53,763 nucleotides of DNA from an uncultured Candidatus Saccharibacteria bacterium (GTDB lineage: Bacteria > Patescibacteriota > Minisyncoccia > Minisyncoccales > Staskawiczbacteraceae), in assembly GCA_964424305.1 (NCBI GenBank), contig CAYRHW010000007.1:1-53763 (forward strand), written 5' to 3'. How positions within the stretch are numbered: position 1 is the first letter of the stretch; each line of letters begins with the position of its first letter. The notes beneath the pieces were generated by a model. That model was not told the origin of the DNA, searched no databases, and saw nothing but the letters and a program-made list of their open reading frames with translations. The position numbers and the translations under genes are program-made. Positions 28,659 through 38,184 of the stretch are shown one piece after another.

Positions 28659-29333
28659 ATGCCTATGATAAATACAAACCTTGCTAAAATCTTTAAGGAG
28701 ATCGCCGATCTTCTAGAATTGAAGGGAACACCATTTAAGCCCTCTGCCTATAAAAAGGTGGTTCGTATTTTAGAAAACTCAGAGGTTGATATCTACCAAT
28801 TATATAAAGAAAAAGGGATCAAGGGCGTTCGATCCATAAAAGGAATCGGCCCAAGCATTGCGAAAAAAATTGAGGAATATGTTAAGAAAGGAAGAATTAA
28901 ATACCACGAGGAATTGAAAGAAGAAACTGCCATAAGACAAATTGTTACCTATTACTTCGAAACCAAGGGACTGTCCTTGCAAGAATTAAAAGAAAATGCT
29001 AAAAAAAGAAACATTATCTACTCTCGGTTTACAAAACCAGCCAAGCAATTATTAGAACTAGCTGGTTCTGTAGAAAAAGCCAAGAGGGCGATGAAAACAG
29101 TAGCCGAATGGGCAAATACTCGGAAGCTAGACTACACAATTGAAACAGTCTTTAAAAAATGGCTTGAACTAGACCGACTAAAACCCAAAGAAGTTGTTAA
29201 AAAACCATTCTATAAAAACGACCCAATGGTCTGGTCAGAAAACAAAAAAAAGTGGTACGTAATAAACAAGTACAGCGAGTGGCTAGAATATTGCGGCAAA
29301 GAAGCAGAAATAGAATGGAGAGAAATTAAATAA
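28659..29333 (+). CDS. DNA polymerase X N-terminal HhH domain fused to an unknown domain
   Basis: N..LAKIFKEIADLLELKG.PFK..AY and IKGIGPSIAKKIEEY..G; no polymerase palm follows. Confidence 0.85.
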   Translation: MPMINTNLAKIFKEIADLLELKGTPFKPSAYKKVVRILENSEVDIYQLYKEKGIKGVRSIKGIGPSIAKKIEEYVKKGRIKYHEELKEETAIRQIVTYYFETKGLSLQELKENAKKRNIIYSRFTKPAKQLLELAGSVEKAKRAMKTVAEWANTRKLDYTIETVFKKWLELDRLKPKEVVKKPFYKNDPMVWSENKKKWYVINKYSEWLEYCGKEAEIEWREIK

Positions 29334-29347
29334 GATAATATAAAAAC

Positions 29348-29917
29348 ATGTTAACACACTCAGACTTAAGACCTGGTACAAGATTTATACTTGATAACCA
29401 GCCATACGAGGTTTTAGAAGCCATGGCGATGAAAATGGCTCAACGCAGGCCAGTAATTCAAAGTAAAATAAAAAACTTGATTACAGGAAACGTTTTAGAA
29501 AGGAACTTCCAACAGGGAGATGTTTTCGACGAGGCCGAATTAGTGAAGATCGGCGTTAAATACCTATACAACAACAAAGGGAACTATTTCTTCTGCGAAG
29601 AGAAAGATCCATCGAAACGATTTTCCTTAAGCGAATCCCAGACTGGCGTGGGGGCAAGATTTTTAAAACCAAACGAAGTTATCGACGGAATATATTTCGA
29701 CGAAAAGATTATTAATGTATCTGTACCAATAAAGGCACAACTAAAAGTTAAGCAATCCCCACCAGGAATTAAGGGTGATAGGGCCCAGGGTGGAACAAAA
29801 GCGGTTGTCCTAGATGGTGGCGCAGAAGTTAACGTGCCACTATTCATTGAGGAAGGAGATGTGGTGGAGATAAACACGGAACTTGGGCAATATGTGAAGA
29901 GGGTTGAAAAAGAATAA
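29348..29917 (+). CDS. efp: Elongation factor P
   Basis: DLRPG, KIKNLITG, PGIKGD, VPLFIEEGD...NTELGQYVKR. Confidence 0.96.
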   Translation: MLTHSDLRPGTRFILDNQPYEVLEAMAMKMAQRRPVIQSKIKNLITGNVLERNFQQGDVFDEAELVKIGVKYLYNNKGNYFFCEEKDPSKRFSLSESQTGVGARFLKPNEVIDGIYFDEKIINVSVPIKAQLKVKQSPPGIKGDRAQGGTKAVVLDGGAEVNVPLFIEEGDVVEINTELGQYVKRVEKE

Positions 29918-29985
29918 AGACATTACACAAAAGACGCCCGGGGGTGTCTTTTGTGTTGTTTGAGCAACTAGTTAATAGAATGGGA

Positions 29986-32900
29986 TTAAAAACTTTTCCC
30001 AATTATCTCATTCAATTTAACCCTCGTCCCGTTGCCAACGAATCCCGTACTCTTAATGGTATAGCCAGTAATAGCCGAAATTGCTGCTTTGTATTTGTCC
30101 TGGAAACATTTTACTCCTGCCAGGGTAGACGGCCCGAAATAGTTAGTGTTACCTAGCCCAGAGACACAACCCTCTGAGGCCAATATGATTTTAAGTTGGA
30201 TCACGTCAGCATGCCTCATTCCGAAGTAGAGATTTTTCAAAAATATAAACAGGCCAGAGTTATCCGAGTTGTCTATTATTGATGATCCTTTGTTAAATGT
30301 GATTGTGTCCAATACAATCGAGGAAGATTGTCCGTATTGGGTATAGAATTTGGCATAGACTGTTTTTGTCCCACTACCTGCCGATAGCGTCCAGTCCTTT
30401 GTAGTAACATATGGTTCTTGGATAGCGTTTTGAAAATCTGCATTATTCGATAGAACCATTCGTACGGTATCTACCCCACCCCTAAGGGTTAAAACAACAT
30501 TCTGAATACTAGTTGTTGGTGTACCACCATTGATTATCACGCCGAATCCACCGCTGGGAGTGATTGGAGGCATATATGCCCCAGTTGGAAGGCCTCCACC
30601 GCACGAACCGCCGAAACTAGCTGAAACAGAAATATTTGTTGTCACATTTGTGTCTGTTCTTGGGTTTTGAGTAGAATTGTCGCTCCACTTAACAAAAGAA
30701 AAACAACTATTAGGCACAGCTGTTACTGATGTGCCACTATTGCCCGAACCGACGGTTTGGGAAGACGAACCGGAGATAGATCCGTTGGAATCGGATGAAT
30801 ATGTAAGAGAATATATGTTCACGCCAATCGTGTATGTTTTTGTTGTTGTATCCTGTGCTGTAACTACAACGGTAACTGTATTTGACCCGACGCTCAGTGG
30901 TATTGAACCAGATGCTGAACCGGAACTAACTGTCGTGCCGTTAACCGTGACTGTCGCATTGGCCTGGTTAACTGTCGGGGTTACGGTGATGCTGGTGACT
31001 CCATTACCAACGCTATCGGTATAGGAAGTGGTTGCTGATGAAAATGTGGGGCTCAAGGTGCCCGAGCTTACTGCAAGATTGCTGAGGGTGGCGTCGGAGC
31101 TCAGGGTGGTAGCTAATGTATACGTCGCTCTATCAAAAAGGTATCCTGTTGAAGAGTTATCTCTGGCTTCAATTGTGACACTTGTTGTTGTGGCTGTTGT
31201 CGGTGTTCCGGAGATAACGCCAGTTGAAGTATTTAATGACAGCCCCGATGGCAAAGAACCAGAATAAATACTGTATGCTTGGTTTAATCCCTGAGTGCGT
31301 GTAACGCTGATCGGCTGAGAATAGGATGCTCCGATCATACCCGAAGGAAAAGATGCTGTGGTTATGTGGATGAAATTAAATTGCAGAACGCGATACTGAC
31401 GCAACTCATAGTTATACATTACGTTATTAACTGGGTCAAAGGCGTGTGGAGATTCAAGACGATAAAACGAGCTTTGCGAGGTGCCCGATCCATTACTGGT
31501 CCAGTCGGCCTGACCAATTACCTCTCTTGCTGGAGCATAATTAAATGAACTTGTAGCGCCAGCTGGAACGTCCCAAATCATAACCCTGTGGCCGTCCATA
31601 TCACCAGCAAAAAGCTGATTTGTGGCCGAGTTATAATTTAGGTCGTCTATACTACCAGTTCCACTTTGAGTGGTCAACACACCAGATGAAGTAAAGTCTG
31701 GCTGGCCGAGAACGAATATTGCGTTTCTTCCGTTGGCGTTGTCGCCATTCGGAACACTGTAGGCCGTTATCCTATCACCGCTCCAGGAGCTAACAAATAA
31801 TCTTGAATTTACATGGTCATATGCTATGCCAACGACGGCTCCATAAAACCCGCTTTGCGTTTGGGCAGATGCTTTTGAAGTAAAATTTGTTTGGCCAATA
31901 ACAAAAAGTGCGCTTCTACCATTAGTAACATTATCGCTGTTTGAGACATTAAAAGCCAATACCCGTCTATTGTTTTGGTCGGCAACAAACAGGCGTTGAT
32001 TTATCGAGTCATAATCCATATTATCTGGGGCGGTAAATCCACTCTGCGTGGTGGCGGAATTATATGAAGTAAATGCTGTTGGACCAGCGGGCTGCCCAAT
32101 CTCAAACATTGCCGCTTCACCATTTACAATCGTAGTTGGATTAACATTAAATACCAAAATACGGTTTTCGTTGCCAAGAGCAACAAAAAGTCTTGAATTA
32201 TCACTATCGTAAGCAAGATTGACGGTGCCCGTGAATGTACTAGAGGTTGTTGTTCCTGGCCCCGCAGAGTTTATGTCACTGGCCCCAAGAACATTTATTG
32301 GCGTACGCGAAGCAATATTATTAAAGGAATCCAGTTGGAAAATGAGAATACGACGGTTGTTTTCCTCAGAAACAAACAATCTATGATTGACGGTATCTAG
32401 AGCAATACTATTTAAATAGTCGAACCCGGCTGAATTAACGCCAAACGCCCCGTTCGCCGTCGTATTTAGAAACGTAGAGGTTGAAAGCGCGCCGGTGATA
32501 TCATAGTGACCAAAAACATAGGAGGCGTTTTCTCCATTGATGCTTGATGTGGCAGTTGCGGAAACGGGAAAAACCATAATACGATTGTACAGAGTATCGG
32601 CAACAAAAAGATGTAAATTTACTGAGTCATAGGCTAAGCCACTGCTTTTGGTCGTAGCGATGTCACAAAGATTTATTGCATTATTAAGATCGGCATTGCC
32701 CCCTGAAGTAAAGTCTGCTTGCCCGAGTTCGAATATCGCGTTCTCTCCGTTAATCTCAACCCCTGCTCCGGCCGGAACACTGAAGGCCATTACACGGTTG
32801 ACATCATCTGAATTAGAATCAGAAACAAATAACCGGGAATTAGCTGAATCATAAGTTGTACCTATCACAAAAGATAATCCATTTTGAGTTGTATTTTGAT

Positions 32901-33816
32901 CAGCGGTAATAAAGTCTGGTTGACCGAGGACAAAAATGGCATACCTGTAAAGGGCGTTATCATTATTCGGTACGCTGAAGGCCATCACCCGATAATTAAA
33001 TCCGTCACCAACAAAAAGACGAGAGTTGGTTTGGTCATAGGCTAAACCCATCGGACGATAAAGATCCCTCTGGGTGGTGCCAGAGATTTTGTTGGTCCAT
33101 GTTGATTGACCGATTTCAAAAAGAGCGTTCTCTCCGTTAATCTCAACCCCTGCTCCAGCTGGAACACTGAAAGCCACCACACGGTGATTACCGAAGTCGG
33201 CAACAAAAAGCCGCGAATTTGTTACATCATAGGCGATGCCGAGCGGTAGAAAAAGGGTACTTTGAGTATGGCCTCCAGCAATAGAATTAAAATCTGTTTC
33301 ACCGAGAACGAAAATGGCGCTTCTTCCGTTGGCGTTATCTCCGTTGGCAACATTAAAAGCTAATACACGACTGGCATTGTAATCAGAAACAAATAACCGG
33401 GAGTTAGCTGAATCATAGGCTACGCTAGCAGGATAATAAAGTCCACTTGGGCCAACGCTCTGTCCACTTGAGGTAAAATCTGTTTGACCAATAACAAATA
33501 GCGGAGTATTTGAAACAATGTTGTCATTTGAATCAATGGAATATACTAATACACGATTATTGTTGCTGTCGACAACAAACAACCGATGATTTATTGAATC
33601 GTAGGCTACGTCGCTCGGGCCATTAAACCCGGAACCGCTGACACCGGGTCCGTTGTTTGGAGCGCTCTTTGTCCAAACGACATTACCACTAGCGTCTGTC
33701 TGCCCTAGAAGGTTTGTGGCGTTGTAAAGAGTGGCGTGAGCTGGAACGGCAAAAACAAAAAACGCGAAGAAGATTGCGAGGAAAAGAAATATTGTTTTGT
33801 TTAAAATTGAAAACAT
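29986..33816 (-). CDS. Large secreted surface protein: NHL/beta-propeller repeats, Ig-like and cadherin-like domains, C-terminal peptidoglycan-binding-like domain
   Basis: Signal peptide, repeated AYD...RLFV.D..N.RV and (VL/I)GQ.DFT, LPSGLSL...TGVISGTPT, SSDATLS.L...L.P.F, YFGP.T...V..FQ. Confidence 0.9.
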   Translation of the reverse strand: MFSILNKTIFLFLAIFFAFFVFAVPAHATLYNATNLLGQTDASGNVVWTKSAPNNGPGVSGSGFNGPSDVAYDSINHRLFVVDSNNNRVLVYSIDSNDNIVSNTPLFVIGQTDFTSSGQSVGPSGLYYPASVAYDSANSRLFVSDYNASRVLAFNVANGDNANGRSAIFVLGETDFNSIAGGHTQSTLFLPLGIAYDVTNSRLFVADFGNHRVVAFSVPAGAGVEINGENALFEIGQSTWTNKISGTTQRDLYRPMGLAYDQTNSRLFVGDGFNYRVMAFSVPNNDNALYRYAIFVLGQPDFITADQNTTQNGLSFVIGTTYDSANSRLFVSDSNSDDVNRVMAFSVPAGAGVEINGENAIFELGQADFTSGGNADLNNAINLCDIATTKSSGLAYDSVNLHLFVADTLYNRIMVFPVSATATSSINGENASYVFGHYDITGALSTSTFLNTTANGAFGVNSAGFDYLNSIALDTVNHRLFVSEENNRRILIFQLDSFNNIASRTPINVLGASDINSAGPGTTTSSTFTGTVNLAYDSDNSRLFVALGNENRILVFNVNPTTIVNGEAAMFEIGQPAGPTAFTSYNSATTQSGFTAPDNMDYDSINQRLFVADQNNRRVLAFNVSNSDNVTNGRSALFVIGQTNFTSKASAQTQSGFYGAVVGIAYDHVNSRLFVSSWSGDRITAYSVPNGDNANGRNAIFVLGQPDFTSSGVLTTQSGTGSIDDLNYNSATNQLFAGDMDGHRVMIWDVPAGATSSFNYAPAREVIGQADWTSNGSGTSQSSFYRLESPHAFDPVNNVMYNYELRQYRVLQFNFIHITTASFPSGMIGASYSQPISVTRTQGLNQAYSIYSGSLPSGLSLNTSTGVISGTPTTATTTSVTIEARDNSSTGYLFDRATYTLATTLSSDATLSNLAVSSGTLSPTFSSATTSYTDSVGNGVTSITVTPTVNQANATVTVNGTTVSSGSASGSIPLSVGSNTVTVVVTAQDTTTKTYTIGVNIYSLTYSSDSNGSISGSSSQTVGSGNSGTSVTAVPNSCFSFVKWSDNSTQNPRTDTNVTTNISVSASFGGSCGGGLPTGAYMPPITPSGGFGVIINGGTPTTSIQNVVLTLRGGVDTVRMVLSNNADFQNAIQEPYVTTKDWTLSAGSGTKTVYAKFYTQYGQSSSIVLDTITFNKGSSIIDNSDNSGLFIFLKNLYFGMRHADVIQLKIILASEGCVSGLGNTNYFGPSTLAGVKCFQDKYKAAISAITGYTIKSTGFVGNGTRVKLNEIIGKSF

Positions 33817-33918
33817 AGACTTATTGTTTAGATATTATTGCACTATCCTATGCTAAATTAACATTTTTTCGCAATATCTTCATGTAAAAATAAAATACAC
33901 CCCATCGCGAGGTGCATT

Positions 33919-36357
33919 TTATACAATCGCTATCGCAGATCGCCTAGCCATCTCCGCTTCTACCTCTTTTTTCTCCCTTCCATACTTTAGCCGAGAAAGT
34001 TTTCTTATGGGATCGATGATTTTAGGATTTCCCTCTTGCGCCCTAGATACTAATAATCTAAACGGAGTAGAAATCTTGTTATTAATCATCATTTTTACAA
34101 TCATATTGTAGTTATCAAGATTCACAATATCGAACTGGGAAAACTCCGGGGCAAACTGTTTCTCTAAAAACTCGGCGTCTTCTGCCCCGACACGGAAGGA
34201 AGCGATCGTTCCCACATTACCCAACACTGCATTTTTTATCTCTGGTGTTAACTGTGGTATATATTGATGGGCTAAAATTAACGCTAAACGATACTTTCTT
34301 GCCTCCGAAAGAATTGTAGCAATGCTATCTGTAGTAAAATTCTGAAACTCATCGATATACAAATAAAAATCTTTCCTTTGCTCTTGAGGTATCCTAGCTC
34401 GCCGCATAGCTGCCATTTGGATCTTTGATACCAGGATAAGACCTAAAAGAGAACTATTAACTTCTCCTGTTAGCCCTTTCGAAAGATTTACTAAAAATAT
34501 CTTTTTGTTATCCATTATGTCCGACAGATTGAACCCCGACTTGCTCTGTCCGATTACGTTCCTCATCATTTCATTTTCAATAAATCTTCCAATTTTTGAA
34601 ACCACATAGCCCAACATATCTGATCTAGTAGAGCCTGTTGTTTGCTTCCATTCCTTCTGCCAAAATTCTCTGACCACGGGATCAGTAACTTTCTTTAATC
34701 GTTCCTCCATAAAAATGGGGTCTGTGAACATTTTAGGAATTTCCACCAATGTTCCTGGATTATTCTGATCGGCCATCAAGGCTAGCATTGCATTTCTCAT
34801 ATAGTGCTCGAACATCGGCCCAATCATTTCTGGGGGAAAAAGTTTATAGAAAATGGCGATCATTTCTTGGATTGCAAAATCTTTCTGCTCTGGGGTATCA
34901 TACTCCAACATGTTTAATCCCACTGGCCTTTCAACGTCTGATGGTTCGAATAAAACAACGTCCTCTGCCCGTTCCTTTGGTATATTGGCTAAAGTATCCT
35001 CTATTAAATCTCCGTGAGGATCAATCACGGCCACTCCCTGGCCGCTCTGTATATCCTGTCTAATCATTTCACGCAATAAGTTACTCTTACCGGTACCAGT
35101 CTGCCCAATAACATAGAAATGCCTTACCCTGTCGTTCGGTGAAGCAAGATAAACCTTCTTTTCCTCTCCTCTAAATAATACGCTTCCGATAAGATTAGAC
35201 CCACTTTCTGGAAGATCTTGCGGAGGCGCAGACGAAACACTCTTTGTTGATTTAATATACGGAGTCTCGGTAAAGTGTGTTGGGAAATGATAGACACTAG
35301 TTAATTCTTCTATGTTTAAAATATTTGCTTGGCTAGGATTAAAATTCCTGAAACTAAAATCATAGATAAACTTTGTGGCTTCGTTCTTCTTTAACCTTAC
35401 GGGCTCTAAACTATTAATAGACGAAAGAGCAAACTGTCCAAAAGCACCTTCTAAATGGGCAAGAATCTCCTCTGCTCTCTGCCCAGATTGAGCAGAAGCC
35501 ACTAGCCGAATATTTGTTTCAAATGCTTGTTTCTGTATTTTCCCCTGGATTGAATCAAAGCTTCTTTGATCAATTACTTGTTCCTTCTTTTTCGGTTCGA
35601 TCTGTCCCTTGTCTTTCTTTGTTGGATTAAACATCTCCGAAATCCCCTTGTTCATTTCCTTAACAACCTTGCCACCACCAGCCAGGGCGATAGCAGTTTT
35701 TGCGGTATTCCCCTCTTGCATCTTCACCAAAACTTTCTCCCCTAATTTCCGCCAGTTGGTATTGGTTACTGGCCGTATGACAACCTGCATTGCAGCGCCC
35801 TCGTTAGCCTCTATTTTATTCAAAGCATTGGTAATCGCCGAAAGAGGATCTTTCTCTAGGTTTTTATAGGTATTAATGGGAAAGATAGAATTTTCCCTTA
35901 ATTTCATATATGAAGCAACTGTTTTCCCTCCTGGTTCAAAAACCGTATAATCCTGAGGAACGCCCTCTACCAGTGCTCTCGGGAAAACTCCGTGAATATA
36001 TTTTTCCAAAGCAGTGGCCAGATAGTTGGGCACTGCTACATAAAATGAAATATCTTGGCTACCAATTTGAGAAGCAATCTCAAGGGTTATACGAGGGAGC
36101 TCTTTTACCTTTTGGTCGGTATTTTTAACATACAAAAAGTTTGTAAAAACCTGCTCCATTCTTGTTATTAAGGATTTTTCGTCAGGCTGCCCTCCCTCCG
36201 TGCTCGTTGCTTCGTGCTTCGGCATCATTACCAGGAAAAGAGAAACATTAAGGGAATCTGGAAAGTTCACTTTGCCTTTTTTTTCAAAATAAAAGGCAAC
36301 AATAACTGCTGCCACTAAAATAATGAAAATTGAGAACAAACCGATAAATATCTCCAT
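33919..36357 (-). CDS. VirD4/TraG/HerA(DUF87)-type P-loop ATPase, type IV secretion coupling-protein-like
   Basis: HFYVIGQTGTGKS, IDPHGD, YIDEFQNF, EARKY, AHQY; N-terminal TM. Confidence 0.9.
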   Translation of the reverse strand: MEIFIGLFSIFIILVAAVIVAFYFEKKGKVNFPDSLNVSLFLVMMPKHEATSTEGGQPDEKSLITRMEQVFTNFLYVKNTDQKVKELPRITLEIASQIGSQDISFYVAVPNYLATALEKYIHGVFPRALVEGVPQDYTVFEPGGKTVASYMKLRENSIFPINTYKNLEKDPLSAITNALNKIEANEGAAMQVVIRPVTNTNWRKLGEKVLVKMQEGNTAKTAIALAGGGKVVKEMNKGISEMFNPTKKDKGQIEPKKKEQVIDQRSFDSIQGKIQKQAFETNIRLVASAQSGQRAEEILAHLEGAFGQFALSSINSLEPVRLKKNEATKFIYDFSFRNFNPSQANILNIEELTSVYHFPTHFTETPYIKSTKSVSSAPPQDLPESGSNLIGSVLFRGEEKKVYLASPNDRVRHFYVIGQTGTGKSNLLREMIRQDIQSGQGVAVIDPHGDLIEDTLANIPKERAEDVVLFEPSDVERPVGLNMLEYDTPEQKDFAIQEMIAIFYKLFPPEMIGPMFEHYMRNAMLALMADQNNPGTLVEIPKMFTDPIFMEERLKKVTDPVVREFWQKEWKQTTGSTRSDMLGYVVSKIGRFIENEMMRNVIGQSKSGFNLSDIMDNKKIFLVNLSKGLTGEVNSSLLGLILVSKIQMAAMRRARIPQEQRKDFYLYIDEFQNFTTDSIATILSEARKYRLALILAHQYIPQLTPEIKNAVLGNVGTIASFRVGAEDAEFLEKQFAPEFSQFDIVNLDNYNMIVKMMINNKISTPFRLLVSRAQEGNPKIIDPIRKLSRLKYGREKKEVEAEMARRSAIAIV

Positions 36358-36362
36358 ACTTA

Positions 36363-36767
36363 CTATTGTTTTAAAAATCTTTTGTAAAAACTTTCTTTTC
36401 CTAAAATATCATGAAAAACGTCTAGGATATATGGATCGTGCATTTCCTTTGCTACCTTTATGGCAAAAGCCAAGCCCTGTTCCCGAGCCATGGCAAGCAA
36501 ATGTTCGATCTTTTCTTGCTCCCCCAAAAACTCTATTTTACTTGCTTTCTTTTTTGCATCACCCTCCAACCCTGGATCTAGCTGCATTTTTTCAAGCTCT
36601 AACCTTATTTGTCTTCCAACTAACTCCTTGTCCATCTGCGCAATATTTTGTTTTTCTGCTTCTGCTATCTTTTCGGCCGAAAGTCTCGGTTGGGCTGTTT
36701 CTGGCCTACCTACTTTCTCCTGGGTAATTTCTTTTTTTCCGTTTGTTTCCTTCGATGGTTCTACCAT
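36363..36767 (-). CDS. Hypothetical protein
   Basis: Tightly linked upstream of the ATPase; PYILDVFHD motif. Confidence 0.8.
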   Translation of the reverse strand: MVEPSKETNGKKEITQEKVGRPETAQPRLSAEKIAEAEKQNIAQMDKELVGRQIRLELEKMQLDPGLEGDAKKKASKIEFLGEQEKIEHLLAMAREQGLAFAIKVAKEMHDPYILDVFHDILGKESFYKRFLKQ

Positions 36768-36769
36768 AC

Positions 36770-37366
36770 TTACGGCATTAATTTAATATCTATCAACGCC
36801 TCATCTCGATCTACCGAAGATCCATTTTTATAAACGAAAACTTTAACTTTTAAATCCTTGGAAACTTTCGCTACTTCATATATCTTTGTGCAAGGTATTG
36901 GCTCAAAGCTCGGCGCCAAGACCGCTCCACATAATTCCTCTTGGGGTAACCAAGTTCGTACGTCTTGGGTGGTGGGTATAAAGTTTCTCCCCTCGCTGTC
37001 TACAATTTCGCCAATATCCCATACCCTTCGCTCAGTATTTACCTTCCCGACATTCTGGGCACCAACTATTAACTCAATAAATCTTTCTGTAGTTTTAACA
37101 TCCTTCTGCCATTCTGGATTATTACTCTTTGCTCCCGTTAGGGTGCTTCCCTTATCGGTTGCTTCAAGAAAAACAAACCTTACATCCCCTATTGTTGTTT
37201 CATAAACTGGCAATGGCACATCAGGGATGTCATCCACTGGGACAACCACTGGCCTTGTCCTACTGACTACTATATATGCGATACCCATGGCCACTAAAAC
37301 GAGAACCGCTAGGGCCAATAGAACCCTTGCTATTTGTCCCGATGATTTGTTTATATTCTTCCACAT
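36770..37366 (-). CDS. Membrane-anchored extracytoplasmic beta-sandwich protein (DUF4352-like)
   Basis: N-terminal TM; FI...V...N.GK, IVDSEGRNF, L.P. Confidence 0.65.
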   Translation of the reverse strand: MWKNINKSSGQIARVLLALAVLVLVAMGIAYIVVSRTRPVVVPVDDIPDVPLPVYETTIGDVRFVFLEATDKGSTLTGAKSNNPEWQKDVKTTERFIELIVGAQNVGKVNTERRVWDIGEIVDSEGRNFIPTTQDVRTWLPQEELCGAVLAPSFEPIPCTKIYEVAKVSKDLKVKVFVYKNGSSVDRDEALIDIKLMP

Positions 37367-37426
37367 AGTAATAGAATTTTATTAATTATATTATTTTACT
37401 TCTTTAATCATAGCAAATCAACATTT

Positions 37427-38113
37427 CTAATTATATCTCTTCGCTCCTTTGAACCAATTAGCAAACTTACAATCCTGGCTATGGCTGGGTGGAATATCCT
37501 TTCTCAGAGTTTGAACTGCTTCTTTGAATAAATCGTACACATCCCCCGGGTTAGTATCAATCTCATGAATTTCTTTTTTAAAAGGAAGCCTATCTTCAAA
37601 CCCGTTGGTTTTGTCGACGATATAGAAAGCGAGATATCCTTTCCTAGTTGTTTCGAATCCATTCTTCTCTAATAAATATGTGTAGATATCTAGTTGTATC
37701 TGGAATCTGTCATAAACATTGGCTACTTTACTCCCCGTTGATTTATAATCCAAAACAGCTAACTTCTCACCCGTAAACTCTAAAACATCGTCAACGGCGC
37801 CAAAAAGCGTGGCATCTAACTCAGGATGGAAATACCTTATGCCAGAAAAGTTGCTTCTCCATTGATCTAATAGCTTTTGATTAGAGAATAGCAATGCTGG
37901 AATATTGTTTTCTATAAGCAACGGGTGGGCAATGCCCTTGGCCCGGTAACCATCAAACTCTTCTTTTAAGAGCCCATCTACTGCTGAATTTAAAGCATAG
38001 GGATATGGAGGTGGTCTTTTAATCCCCTTCTTCTTATCTAACCAAAAACAATGAGGGCATTCGAGGTACAAATTTATTGAGTTTGGAGATAATTGAAACT
38101 TTTCTTGCTCCAT
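37427..38113 (-). CDS. PD-(D/E)XK nuclease (RecB/AddB/Cas4-like)
   Basis: LSPNSI...CPHCF, GAVDD, LDYKS, QLDIY. Confidence 0.9.
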   Translation of the reverse strand: MEQEKFQLSPNSINLYLECPHCFWLDKKKGIKRPPPYPYALNSAVDGLLKEEFDGYRAKGIAHPLLIENNIPALLFSNQKLLDQWRSNFSGIRYFHPELDATLFGAVDDVLEFTGEKLAVLDYKSTGSKVANVYDRFQIQLDIYTYLLEKNGFETTRKGYLAFYIVDKTNGFEDRLPFKKEIHEIDTNPGDVYDLFKEAVQTLRKDIPPSHSQDCKFANWFKGAKRYN

Positions 38114-38184
38114 ATTATTAATTAATCTTATCAAAAAATGGAACAAGAAAAAAGGCCCCATTTCTGAGGCTTTCATTTCGCGCT

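Noticed and set aside
33919-36357. Integrative conjugative element or prophage
   Set aside because: No relaxase, VirB set, phage structural genes or att duplication at the tRNAs was seen.
37427-38113. Cas4/CRISPR system
   Set aside because: I saw no repeat-spacer array or other cas genes in the window; a solo PD-(D/E)XK nuclease is sufficient explanation.
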